Shown: piece by piece, positions 13,982 through 26,536 of the stretch
Layout: every line of letters starts with the position of its first letter
Position numbering within the stretch: the first letter of the stretch is position 1
Program-made: the position numbers and the translations under genes
Assembly: GCA_002189035.1 (NCBI GenBank)
Contig: NEEC01000017.1
Coordinates: forward strand, 1,860,001-1,924,000
Reading direction: 5' to 3'
Source: Utricularia gibba
Taxonomy: Eukaryota > Plantae > Magnoliophyta
Length of the DNA stretch: 64,000 bases
Notes under the pieces: generated by a model
What the model was told of the DNA's origin: nothing
Seen by the model: only the letters and a program-made list of their open reading frames with translations
Databases searched by the model: none

Positions 13982-16133
13982 ATGCTGCTGTTGGGGAAGC
14001 TGCATTTGGGCGTTCTGTTTCTGGTGAGCGTTCTTCGTTTGGGATCTGTGGCGTCTTTGAACGCGGATGGGCTCTCGGTGCTCTCCCTGAAATACGCAGT
14101 GGACGCCTCCTCTGGCGCCGCCTTCTCCGATTGGAACGAGAACGACAGGACGCCGTGCCGATGGACCGGGATTTTCTGTTCGGTTTTCAACGAGAGTGAT
14201 GAGCCCCGTGTTGTTGGGATTTCGGTGGCGGGGAGAAATCTCCGGGGGTACATACCGTCGGAGCTCGGCGGCTTGATGTATCTCCGGCGACTGAATTTAC
14301 ATGGGAATAATCTGTATGGCTCTATTCCTGCACAGTTATTCAATGCTTCTTCCCTACAAACCGTTTTTCTGTACGGAAACAATCTCTCTGGGTCTTTACC
14401 ACCTTCACTGTGCAGCCTTCTTCGGGTACAAAATGTCGATGTTTCAAACAATTCACTCTCGGGTTTGTTTCCAAGGTTCCTGGGAAAGTGCCGGCATTTG
14501 AGGAGGCTCATTATCGCCGGAAACCTGTTTTCCGGCGAAATTTCAGATGGCATTTTTCCGGAGCTGGTTAACTTGGAGCAGCTTGATATATCTGCTAACA
14601 TGTTCAATGGCTCAATCCCTGCCGATATCGGAGAACTGAAATCACTTTCAGGGACATTGAATCTGTCTTTCAATCATTTCACCGGGGAAATCCCAAAATC
14701 ATTAGGCGATTTGCCACTAACAGTGAGTTTCGATCTTCGAAACAATAATCTGAACGGTGAAATACCAAGAACAGGGGCATTCGCCAATCAGGGCCCAGTT
14801 CCATTTTTGAACAACCCTCATTTATGCGGCTTTCCATTGCAGAGAAGCTGCAAAAACGACACTGAATCCGCACCAGCAGCTCTGGAAACCGCTGGTGTCA
14901 ATGTAAGAAAGAGGCTGAAACCTTCTTCCATCATAGTGATAACAGTAGCAGATGCTGTTGGAGTCATGTTTTTAGGACTACTTATCGTCTATGTCTACTG
15001 GAAGAACAAGGATTCCAGCCATGGATGTAGCTGCAGTAAGAAAGCAAAGCTCGGGCCACCGCAGAAACCAAGCTTCTGTGCATCATTCCCATGGGTGAAT
15101 CATTCTCCAAGCAATGAATCTGAGATGGAGTCTGAAAAGGGTGAAAGTGGGAGCAGTAGTCATGCAGAGGGGAACCTGGTGGCTATTGACAAGGGGTTCA
15201 CTTTCGAGTTAGATGAGCTGCTGAGAGCATCTGCCTATGTGCTGGGAAAGAGTGGACTGGGGATAGTCTACAAGGTAATGCTCGGAAATGGACTTCCGGT
15301 CGTCGTGAGACGATTAGGCGGAGCCGGAGACGGAGGCGGGCAGCAAAGGTATAAGGAGTTCGTAGCTGAAGTTCAGGTAATAGCAAGGATCAAGCACCCA
15401 AATGTCGTGAAGCTCCGGGCATATTACTGGACACCGGATGAAAAGCTTCTCATCAGCGACTTCATATCTAATGGAAACTTGGCTTCTGCTCTTCGTGGTG
15501 AGCGCTCTCTGATAACAGCGCTCGAAGTCGAATATCTGAGCTGATGAGTTCGCTCCCTCTGTTCTCTGTACAGGTAAGCCGGGCTTCACCTTAACATGGA
15601 CGATGAGACTGAAGATCGCAAAGGGAATCGCCACCGGCCTAGCCTACATTCATGAATGCAGCACCAAGAAGTTCATCCACGGCGATATAAAGCCATCCAA
15701 CATCCTCCTCGACGACCAATTCCAACCGCACATCTCCGGCTTCGGCCTGAATCGCCTCGTTTCTTCCGCCGTAAACAACCCGTACGTCACACGCCCTCAA
15801 CCCGACCCCAGAAACAGCTACCGCGCACCGGAATCCTTGATTCCGGGTTCCAATCCCACCCAAAAATGGGACGTTTACTCCTTTGGAGTGATTCTGCTTA
15901 CGATTCTGACCGGAAAATCGTCGTTCGAGATCGCCGATCTTGTGCGGCTGGTGAGAAAGGATGGATTCTCGTACGAAATGGCCGATCCTGCGCTGATCAA
16001 AGAACCCCATGGGAAGAAGGAAATTGTTGCCGTGTTCCAGATAGCTTCGGCGTGCACTGAAACGGACCCTGAACTCCGGCCGAGGATGAAGACGGCGTCG
16101 GAGAATCTCCATAAATTGTCGAGACATGCTTAG
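13982..16133 (+). CDS. Leucine-rich repeat receptor-like kinase (LRR-III-like, atypical kinase), 2 exons, intron about 15500-15573
   Basis: Signal peptide, LRRNT (WNENDRTPCRWTGIFC), LxxLxLxxNxLxGxIP repeats, TM helix and FTFELDELLRASAYVLGKSGLGIVYKV. Kinase subdomains HGDIKPSN, YRAPE, DVYSFG. Confidence 0.93.
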
Positions 16134-17001
16134 CCTAGTGCATATATTTAATTTGTACGAAAAAAGAAATACTCCAATATTCAATATATTAAATATATAT
16201 TATTTTATTCAAAAAAACAGTCGATTTTAAGAGAAAGTATTATCTGTAATATAATAATAATATTATTCTTTATTTTCCATAAATTTTTATTAAAATTGAT
16301 TTGAATATTAACCTGTGGCGTGGTGGGAATATGGCAATTAATGCATTAAAAAAGAAATTTCCGAAATTACGAGCAAATCTTGGAAATTTCCCCAAGAAGT
16401 TTTCTTTGTCCGGCGAAGGAAACCAGAGAGGGAAAGAAAGAAAAGGCAACAACTTGGAGATAGCAACTCTTGAGCGGGGAGAAATTGTTGCGAATTTCCT
16501 ATAAATCTTGCTCGCTTCTTGTGTAGGTTACTAGCTGTTGCGTCATCGGTTTATATTTCCGAAGTATTTTGATCCCATCCTTTTCTCATTTGTTGTAGTG
16601 AGGCTATCGGAGGCGGGAATTGAAGGTTTGCCTGTTTTTTGAGGGATTTCTGGATGGGTTTGTTGCGGGAAAGGGGATTAGATGTACTGGAGTGAGGTAT
16701 AGTTGGGGTATCTGGATTTATGTCGGATTTGGGACGCAATGTTTATCTTGAAGGAATTTTGCGCGTTTTCTGAGTAGAATGCAGGATCGAGTCATTAGCT
16801 TTTCAGTTACTGGAAAGCTCATCTTTTGTTAGGGATTTGGATAGGTTGCTCCATTTGCTTGATTTGGGCGACTAAGATTTCATGGATAGAGTTTATGAAT
16901 GAGAAAGAATGGAGTGAATTCCCGCTGCTGTGTTTGCTAAGATTTTGGGTTCTTTTTATGTTGAATTAGTGTCCTTTCTCGTTATCCCTCTTGTTACGAA
17001 A

Positions 17002-18736
17002 ATGTTGAGACAGATACTTGGTAGGATTCCTAAAAGGAATTCAAAGAACACTGGAGACTCTACGAGTTCTTTTGCTAAGAGAAATGAAGGAGGAACCAAA
17101 AGAGCCAGTAATCCAGTCGACGAAGGTTTAGGTGCATCATTCTCGGTTATGAATATGGGCAGCAATGGGCAAGAAAAAATAGTCCCCGTTTCATATGAAG
17201 CTTTACCCAGTTTTAGAGACGTTCCTAGTTCTGAAAAGCAACAGCTGTTCATTAGGAAGGTAAAAATGTGTTGTGTCATGCTTGACTTCACTGAAAATGG
17301 AAAAAGTGCTAAAGAAAAGGAGATAAAGAGGCAGACTTTGCTTGAGCTTGTAGAATATGTCACTTCTGCGAATGGAAAATTCAGTGAAACTGTTATGCAG
17401 GAAGTCGTAAAGATGGTTTCAGCCAATATATTTAGAGTTTTCATCCCTCAACCGAGGGAGAACAAGCTAATTGATGGACTTGAATTGGAAGAAGAAGAGC
17501 CTGCAATGGATCCTGCATGGCCACACTTGCAAGTTGTCTATGAGTTCCTTCTACGATTCATCACCTCTCCTGAAACTGATGCTAAGGTTGCCAAACGATA
17601 TGTTGATCATTCTTTTGTGATGAAATTGCTTGATTTATTTGACTCTGAAGATCCTAGGGAGAGGGAATATTTGAAAACTATTCTACATCGCATATATGGG
17701 AAGTTCATGGTGCATCGCCCCTTTATCAGGAAAGCCATCAACAACATATTCTATCATTTTGTTTTTGAGACTGAGAAACACAATGGCATAGCTGAATTTC
17801 TGGAAGTACTTGGGAGCATAATTAATGGATTTGCTTTGCCCCTGAAAGAAGAACATAAACTCTTTCTGGTGCGGTCACTGATACCATTGCATAAGCCAAA
17901 GTGTTTGGCTATGTACCACCAACAGCTCTCCTACTGTGTCACACAGTTTGTCGAAAAAGATTTCAAGCTTGCTGATACTGTTATACGGGGTCTATTGAAG
18001 TACTGGCCAGTTACAAATAGTTCAAAAGAAGTTTTGTTTCTTAATGAACTTGAAGAGGTTTTAGAAGTGACACAAATTCCAGAATTCCAACGTTGCATGG
18101 TGCCATTGTTCCAACAAATTGCGCGTTGCTTGAAAAGTTTACATTTTCAGGTACGTAATTGTTTATCTTGAGTGCCAGATGCGCCTCTTTGTCTTGTATA
18201 TCTTGTGAGTCAACGGTCAAATGCAAATGTTCCTGTTTTGAATCTCATTATGATCACTTATTCCGTTTTATTTCTTGCTCTTTTTGAAATAGAAGGAGTT
18301 TGAAAAACAGTGTGAGCTTGTGCAGTATGTTTGTGTTGATATAATACGAAAAGATGTTTTTATGTTTTACTCTTGTGAGATTAACAATTCTCTCACCTGA
18401 TTTTCAGGTCGCTGAGAGATCCCTATTCTTGTGGAACAACGATCACATTGAGAATCTAATCAAGCAAAACCGAAAGGTTATTCTTCCCATTATCTTCCCA
18501 TCTTTAGAAAGAAACGCCAGACATCACTGGAATCAGGCTGTTCACAGCTTGACACTGAATGTTCGCAAGATTTTCTATGATCTTGACCCGACCTGTTCAA
18601 GGCTTGCCAAAACAAGTTCGATGAAAATGAACTGATGGGAAGTGAGATAGAAGAGAAACGCATCATGGCATGGAAACACTTGGAAGAACTGGCTGCTAAA
18701 AATGCATCAAGTGGTGAAGCTATTCTAGTCCCCTAA
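17002..18736 (+). CDS. PP2A regulatory subunit B' (B56), 2 coding exons; apparent 1-bp deletion at about 18588-18590
   Basis: [63 protein letters not shown]|[11 protein letters not shown]. The conserved tail DLFKAC...AWKHLEELA lies in another frame and ends at TAA 18734-18736. Confidence 0.93.
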
Positions 18737-19210
18737 CCGTCACCAAAGCCTCTGTTCTGCTACAGCTTAAGCTATCCCCACCTCTCCTTGGATTTCGACA
18801 TAGATTCCACTATTTTAACATCAGAGGCATGTAAAAAATCCTAGGAAACTCACATTCTTATGGCTGGATCAGAACGAGGCCTACAGCTTTTATTGAGACA
18901 CTCATGTTATCTGATGGAGGTTGTTGAAAGGTTTGTACTTTAGCCGTTGAATTAGTGAGCTTGGTTCTGGTGTTTTACTTAATGAGATGCATCAAAGGCA
19001 TGTTGAACTAAGAATTGGTTTGGCTTGTTTGTATATTGGAGAACAAATTTCAGTCCTCATATGTTATTTGATGCTCAATACATGAAATATGCGGCAAAGT
19101 ACCCATGTTAGAGACCGAGTGGCCTTGTCCAAAAACACAACAGAAAGATGGAATATCACAAATGTAAGTACATAAAGGGTGAGAAACTATGCATCCCAAC
19201 CTTCTACAAT

Positions 19211-21231
19211 TCATACAATGTACAAATCTTTGCCTATTACTTGATACTCTGTTCCCTCGCTCTGATACTCTGTTTCAAACTTCAAGAGATCATATGACAT
19301 TTCAGGAACATCAGCTTGATCACCATAACCGAAAGATCCTACGTCAGTGCAGAATGGATAGAATGCATCTCTAGGAGCATCACTAAAATCTTGATTCCAC
19401 AACCCAAAAGCTGATGCATATCCATGAATGAAGTTCCTGTGAGTACACCCCAAATCTGATTGCCCCAAAACATTACCAGAAGAATCAGTCTCACTTGTGC
19501 ATATCCCTTCAATGGCTTGTAGCTCATTCCTTCCTCCAAAAATGGATTGATGATGATGTTCAAGGTTATCAGGCTTTTTGTGAATCAGGATATTGTTTTC
19601 CTTGACAAGTTTTGTCATGGAGACTGAAGATTGCAGGCATGGATCTTTTGTCCATACTTTTGAAGAAGTTCCTGAAAACGCCGCTTTCAACTCGTTCTCC
19701 CTCTCCAGTCTGCTCAAGAACAACCTGTACTTCTGAAAACAATGGAAATACGTCCAGTGGTGGTGGGGAGCTTGCTTTAAATCGACTTGGATGCGAATGC
19801 ACTTTGTTTACCTGTAAATGACTGGCAACATGCTCCCTTGTTAACCATGGAACTCCCATCAAGTCAAGTATCTTCTTTGGTCCAACTTCTGCAAAGGAGA
19901 GAAAACGCCATTAGCAACAAGGAAACGATTTTTGCTTAGAACACCGGAGTTTCAAATTCTTACTCTCAAGCCCAATCTGATTAACAGCTTGAACAAACTT
20001 CTGATGAAGATCAACACTCCACACCACTCTTGGTTTCTTGATCATATTTGTGGAAGAAGAAGAGGCGTCACTGCATGCTCTTTCCTCATCTTTCTTCCTC
20101 TTCCCAGTAACACAATTCCCATCCTCACTTCGTTCTACTGAGCTCTTCATATACTGAGTTTCTTCAATTCCTCCTTCATGTATTCTTTTTCTGAACACAT
20201 GCTGCCAGATGTTCCTAAGCTCCTTCATTCTGATGGGCTTCAGAAGGTAATCACAAGCACCATGTTGCACCCCTTCATCACCCGGCTCGTTTCTCCATCG
20301 ACAGACATCACTGTATGCTTTCCAGGTTACAAACATGGATGAACTTGTAAAGGAAGAACATGAAATAACTCACTGATGACAGGGAGGTCCATTTCAAGGC
20401 CAACATGCTCGAGAAGCTTGAAGCCATCCATGTCTGGCATGTTGACATCACTTACTATGATGTCGAATCCATGTTTCCTTTCACGAAGCAAGTTCAGAGC
20501 CTCTGTAGCTAAGTTACATGTAGTCACTGGAATCCATGAACATTTGCATCAGCATCATACCAGAAAAAGTCCCAAACTCACAAAGTAAATGAAAACAGAG
20601 AGAAGCTGGTTTAACTTCCCAAGCTTTTCTGTACAGAGAAGAATTTTAATAAGTAGCTGCTAGATCTGAACCTGGATGAAGTAAATTTTTGGCTTAGCAA
20701 AAGAACTGGAGCAGAAAAAAGAACTTGTGAACACATATCAAGCCTAAAAGAAGGTTACAAAGTCTGCTTAACTCATGTACAGTAAATGTGAAGCAGCTGA
20801 ATCACTTCAAAACAGACACAAATAAGAAGATAAAGGAGTAGTCACTTTCGCTCAGCAGCAAAAAGAATGAGGAAGGCAATTTTGGTGAAACATAGACCAC
20901 AAGCTCAGCCACTTCAAGCTTCTGTTGCCGAAACATCCAAGCTAAGTGCAACTCAGTAAATCAACTCACAGAACAACAGAACCCAAATGTTGATTCCCAG
21001 GCAATTCATTTGATCAATCCTCTGAAAACCAGCAATCTGAACACTCCAACAGACAGACCCACAAACCAAATAACATCAAAACTGAAAGAAAAAAAAACCT
21101 TCATAACTGCATTTCATAAGCATCTTTTCCAGAATCTTCAACCACGTGGGATCATCGTCAACGACAAGCACACGCAGACCCGCCGGAAAACCGTCGGGGA
21201 CTCTGTGTGTCGAAAACCCACCTGAGTCCAT
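19211..21231 (-). CDS. Type-B response regulator (ARR11-like), 5 exons
   Basis: Receiver domain [54 protein letters not shown]/Myb domain [16 protein letters not shown]...[13 protein letters not shown]. Confidence 0.93.
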
Positions 21232-22127
21232 CCCTGGGGCACCCGAAAAAAAGTAGAAACAGCGACCATCAAGAAAGGCGAAGCCCCATAAGAGACGTAT
21301 GGCCACAGTATCCCGTGTCGGAACTGCAGCCATTCCACCAAAAACAAACAAATATATTCTCCGACAAAAACAACCATCAGACCCTCTTAAATTACCGTGT
21401 GTGCGCCTCTTTTTATTTTGTCCACTTTCGCTGGGAGAATACCTTATACATACCAAAATTATCTAAATATTTAATATATATTACTAAATATCAATTATAA
21501 TTAAAATTTACATTTTTAATCTCCAAATGTATAATAATCTGTGTTATTTAAATAAGTCCACCTTTATGTTAATTAAATTCCATGAATTAGAGATATGTTT
21601 AGATAGTGTTTGATTAAATAAATACGAGATTATGTGAGTTTTTTTTTAATTTTGTGTAGATGAATTCTTTAAAAATATTTAATATTATTTTTTAATAATT
21701 TATATAATTGATCATTTAAAAATAAATTTACTTACCAGCTTCACAGGGCGGAGCCTTAGTATTTGATCGGAGCGAGCGAGCGCCTGGAGTTGGATTCATG
21801 ACGACGAAAGTCGATTCTATGGAGGTGTTCGAATTCTTGTGGCTTTGGAGTTGGAGTCGATCGCATGAAGGGAGAAATGGAGGGACATTTGCAGCACGCG
21901 CAGAAGCGCAACGGGAGGAGGAAGTAGACGATGAAGAGTGGAGGAGGGTTTTGCGAAGAGGATTTGGAATTAGGGTTATTTTCTGATGCCTTCTTTTCTG
22001 TGATGAATTGGTTATCACTCGGATTTAATTGGAAATATGTTTTTAGAAACTGAGTGTTGATTTTGATGGTCATTTGGGGAAGGAAATGGAGAAATATATG
22101 TACCCAGTTTGCAAAGGGGGCGGCGCC

Positions 22128-22697
22128 TCACTCAGATCTCATCCGATTGATCTGGTTCAGCGCCGGCTGGAAAATATTGAACAGCACCCAGGCAATCGCG
22201 GGGGCAACTACGAACAGCAAGAGCTGGCCCCGGTTGTCACTCCCCGCCTCTGCGATTTCCACAGCCGCCGAGGCCGCCTGGGCGTGGAACAACCCCGCCG
22301 CGGTCATCCCTCCCAGCCCAACACCCACCATCAGCCCCTTCGTGCTCCTCATCCTGTTGATCTGATTAAGCGCCGGCTGCAGGATGTTGAACAGGACCCA
22401 CGCGATCGCGGGGACGATCGGGAGAAGTAGCGCCACCCCCCGGTTGTCAGCCTCAGCGATTTCCACCAACTGCTGCACGGCGAACGCAGGCTCCGCAGAG
22501 GACAGGGCGGAGAAGATCGCGGCTGCAATGGCACCGCTGCCGGCGGTTAAGGAAACCCCCTGCAGCGGGAGGCGGTGAGGAGCAGGGAGGAGGGAGACAA
22601 GGGAGGGTTTGGTGGGCTTGCTGGAGTTCGGGTTTTTTGTTGCTGCGAAGCTCTTGATGCTAAGCATCGCCATCGGAGTAGCGATCGCGGCAGCCAT
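22128..22697 (-). CDS. PSBY: Photosystem II PsbY polyprotein precursor (transit peptide plus two tandem PsbY units), intronless
   Basis: Two repeats of (A/G)DNRG...LL.IVPAIAWVLFNI(L/F)QPALNQINRMRS after a plastid transit peptide. Confidence 0.96.
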   Translation of the reverse strand: MAAAIATPMAMLSIKSFAATKNPNSSKPTKPSLVSLLPAPHRLPLQGVSLTAGSGAIAAAIFSALSSAEPAFAVQQLVEIAEADNRGVALLLPIVPAIAWVLFNILQPALNQINRMRSTKGLMVGVGLGGMTAAGLFHAQAASAAVEIAEAGSDNRGQLLLFVVAPAIAWVLFNIFQPALNQINRMRSE

Positions 22698-23403
22698 TTG
22701 ATTTTCTGATCGGAGTCTTTGCAGCGAGCGACGAGTGTGGAAATGGGGGGAGCACAGAACGCAGGAGAACTGAGAAGAAGAGTTTGTCTCCTTTATCTCT
22801 TCTTATCCAGAGAATTTGGTGGCGCAATGGAGGCCTCACATTCATCTCCAAATGGCTTCCAGTTATCCCCCTGCTCAGATTTTTTTTCAGCTTTTTTTAT
22901 ATATAAAATACACATTTTCACAATATTTTAATTAATAATATTATTCAAATAAATACATTTTGAGTATTTAACAAAATGTTTATCAAATACATCATGTTTT
23001 GGATAACGTTCAATTAAGCCCACTTTATCTATATTTTAATTATAATTTCAAATAATATTGTGTTAATAAAATCCAGAAACCTCCAAGGATGGATCATTCA
23101 TATAAAGTGTGTATTTTCCTTCCAATTTGCCATCCAAGGGTTTTCATACCTAAAAGCCCTGCTCTTTCCACACTGGCTCAGTGCACAAGTAACAGAAACA
23201 CAAACTGATGATCCTGCTAAAAACATCCTTTTTTATCAACAGTTGTGCCATTGGCTTACCTGCACGCCCCATCTTTCTTTCCTGGATACAAAGCTGAAAA
23301 AAGGCATCAGGGAGACGGCAGTTGAGAAGCTATGGCACCAAAGCAAACATTTTTCTGATCATCCAATGCGTTATTCCACAACCAACGTTTGTTGACAGGA
23401 TTG

Positions 23404-25972
23404 CTACATCTCATCGGCATCCGGAGCATCCGTGCCGATGAGATCAGCATCAGGCCTGGTGAGATCTTGGATCTGGTCTTCATGTGGATGCGCTAAACCA
23501 ACTTTGTGAGTGGCATCTCGGCTTTGTACATGGCTCGAGGGTCCGCATGCTTCATTGTTGTCTTCCCTGATGACCATTTCGTCATTCATACTCGAAGTTT
23601 CATTCTCATTGTATTGGCTATCACCACCAGAAGAGCCACAATCACTGTCATTATCATTGCTGCCATCTTCATCGTCTTCTTCTTCTTCATTGTCGTCGTC
23701 ATCATCAATGTTCCAGTCGTCATTGTCTTCCTCATCATCAGTTCCAATGAAATCATCACAAGCTTCAAAAAAACCACCAAATGGGATGAAACCAGTTCGG
23801 CCGCGTACCCAGGACAGGACCCCATCCTAGTTGAGAGAAGAGGAGAAATTAGACTCTTAGCACGAGGAATCCAGGAGCCGTGAAAAAGAAAAGAAATTAA
23901 ATAAAATGATAATGCAAGTAATGTAGATACCGAAAATTGTAATACGCACCTTTTCAATACTTGAGGGAAGACTGGCTCTGTTAACGGCTCTTGGTGTCCA
24001 TATTTTTATATCATCCTCTATTCCACTGCTAGCAAGCACTGTCGCATGAGGATGGCCTTCAGTGCAATTCACTATATGCTTATCTGCCTCCATAACACGA
24101 ATAAGCTCCCCACGCTTCTTATTCCAAATGAAAATTCGGCCACAGTCTGAACCACTCACAACATACTCACATCTAGGCCCAAAGAAATTCACACCCTTCA
24201 CTGTTTCACTGTTCTTATGACCTTTGTAACACATACCATCCTCTATATTTGTATGCGCATTCATTGAAGATGAAGAATCATCTACATCAACTCGACTGCT
24301 ATCATCCAAGGCTTGAGAAGTCACAGTTGGCTGAGGGCCTAGGCCAGTATTCTTGGTAAATAGATAAATAAATTCTTCATTATATGATACAAGAAGCTCA
24401 CTCTGATCAGAGAATGCCAACCCAGTAATTCCTACTTGCTCATCATCTACTAGATGGGGAGGGCAGAAGTGATCAACAGGTTGACCAAAGTCAGAGGACC
24501 CATCCCAATTATACTTACGAATGTCAAACAGTCGAGCAAATTGATCCCCTCCACCAACGGCAAATAAATTCGGATTCCTAGGATTTATGGTAATGGCATT
24601 CAAATTCACAGGAAGGAAGCTGTGACACAGTTGAGATGCACAAGTAAACATGGAAGTGGCCTTTTCGGTTCTCAGGTCAATCTGCAACATCAGATAACGG
24701 ATCAGCTCAAGGAACAATACTCTGAATAACGAAGCAGAAATGGAATAAACCACAAAACCCCTGCTAGCAATGAAGCTGATATGATGAGCCACTAAACGCC
24801 CCCCAATAGAAGAAAAAAAGGACAAAAAAATTGTAACTTTGCTATCAAGATTAATTTTACATGGGAGACAGTGGTTTTTCCCTTCTAACTGAAACTTTTA
24901 AACCTTTGATTATGCTTCTTCATTGACTTACGTGCTGAACCAATGCATCTTCACCACATGTATACACAGTATGAGGATTTCCAGGCTCAATAGCCAACTT
25001 ATGAACTCGTCCGTGGTGCTGTGCAAGAAATTTAGTCTGCACTCCACCTTCACGAACCTGGGCGTGCCTGACCTGAAAAAGAACTCAGATGAAATTAATG
25101 TAAATTCAGGGGTTCGAGCATTTTTCCATTCTCATAACTAAGTTGTTGGCACCTACCAGGGACTGAAGCTAAAAAAACGAATGCTTATTTAGAGGTAACG
25201 CGGTAAAGAATATCATAATACCTGTCCATCTGCAGCGCAGGTCACAATGCTCCGGTCCTCACTGCAAGGCATGATTTTTGCCTGGAACACATTATTATGA
25301 TGACCGGAATGGAAAGACAATCTAACCTTTCCAGATTCCCAGTCCCAGAGTATGACCCTCCTGTCATCAGAACCTGATACAAGAACATCACCAGATTCAT
25401 TGAAGCTAATCGTATTTACACATCCATGGTGTTTATGCAGCTTTCTCTGGATATCGAGTCGGAGCACAAGATCCTGTCAAATAACACAAAGTTAGAAGAC
25501 ATTTAAAAAGCAGGTAGCACACCCGAATCTTAAGTTCCAACAATAAAACGAGACTAAGCATTCACTATTCAGAATATGCTAACAACAATTCATAAAATAA
25601 AAACGCTCATTCATGAACAACACTCCTCCTCAACTTTCACAGCAAAACAAGTACAAACACCAGAACCTAAACACAGAACATACATACAGCACAAAGGATA
25701 CCGTTTTTTCCTGATGAAGTTAAAAAAAAAATGTCAGTGACCTTCAATTCACCCCATGAATAACAAGTGATTCATCTAATCACACGACCTAACACCAAAA
25801 ACCATACTTACAACATAAAATTACTAACAAACTATTCAAGACGTTCAATATAAACCTCGGATGCCGCACGCCGGCGAGAGAAACCAATAGAAGAGATCTG
25901 GCCTATTTCACGTTTCCAAACATCAGCAATCGCTGCGCATGAACAATCCGCGCCACCGCTCCTGATCGGCAT
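23404..25972 (-). CDS. DDB1-CUL4-associated factor 8-like WD40 protein with acidic tail, 5 exons
   Basis: MPIRSGG...DVWKREIG...RRRAASE|DLVLRLDIQRKLHKHHGCVNTISFNESGDVLVSGSDD, YKGHKNSETVKGVNFFGP, VVSGSDCGRIFIW, LASSGIEDDIKIW, and a D/E-rich last exon 23826-23404. Confidence 0.9.
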
Positions 25973-26536
25973 CGGAGAATAACGCCCAGAGTAACTACCA
26001 CAAATTCAGCTATCCAAGGCAGCGCCCCCAAATACAGTGATTGAAAGGGATTCAACGAAAATCCATGGCGAAAGATACACAGCCAGCACCACTTCCGGCA
26101 CATGGGCTTGTGCGTGAAAAGTCCACACATTTTAATATCCCCAAAAGTGTAAATCAATGTTGTAATTTAGAATAATTTATCGAATTACTATTTTAAATAT
26201 ATTATTTAGTGATTTTCTCCGAAATATATTAATATTATATTTACTATGCTAAGGTAAAGAGGAAATTATTTTTTAATTTAATTATATTATGGAATAAACA
26301 TTGTTTAATGGCCCGGTAACCCATCGGGTCGGATAGTTGGTGGCGGTTGGACCCGTTTTGTGAAAACAGTTCACTACATTGCCAACCAGTCAGTAACATG
26401 GACTTGGAGTGACACTGGATAATCATCATATCTGTTGTACCCGCTCCTCACAATCCGAGACATAACCCGGAACTTGTTGCGCCGGCCGGAGGATTGAACC
26501 CCAATTCTCAAGCTGGCGTTCAGTCCTAAGCGCGCC

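Noticed and set aside
13810-14673. Long antisense ORFs (287 aa here; also 33398-33955, 15639-16184, 52208-52759)
   Set aside because: Shadow frames of real genes on the other strand, with no motifs of their own.
22000-22053. GTGATGA...CTGA as a box C/D snoRNA
   Set aside because: It is short, has no terminal stem or recognisable rRNA guide, and lies antisense to the PsbY 3' region.
22128-22560. Internal tandem duplication as a novel repeat
   Set aside because: This is the known two-unit PsbY polyprotein architecture.
23506-23957. Hydrophobic or Ser-rich ORFs
   Set aside because: Alternative readings of the GAT/GAA acidic-repeat last exon of the WD40 gene.
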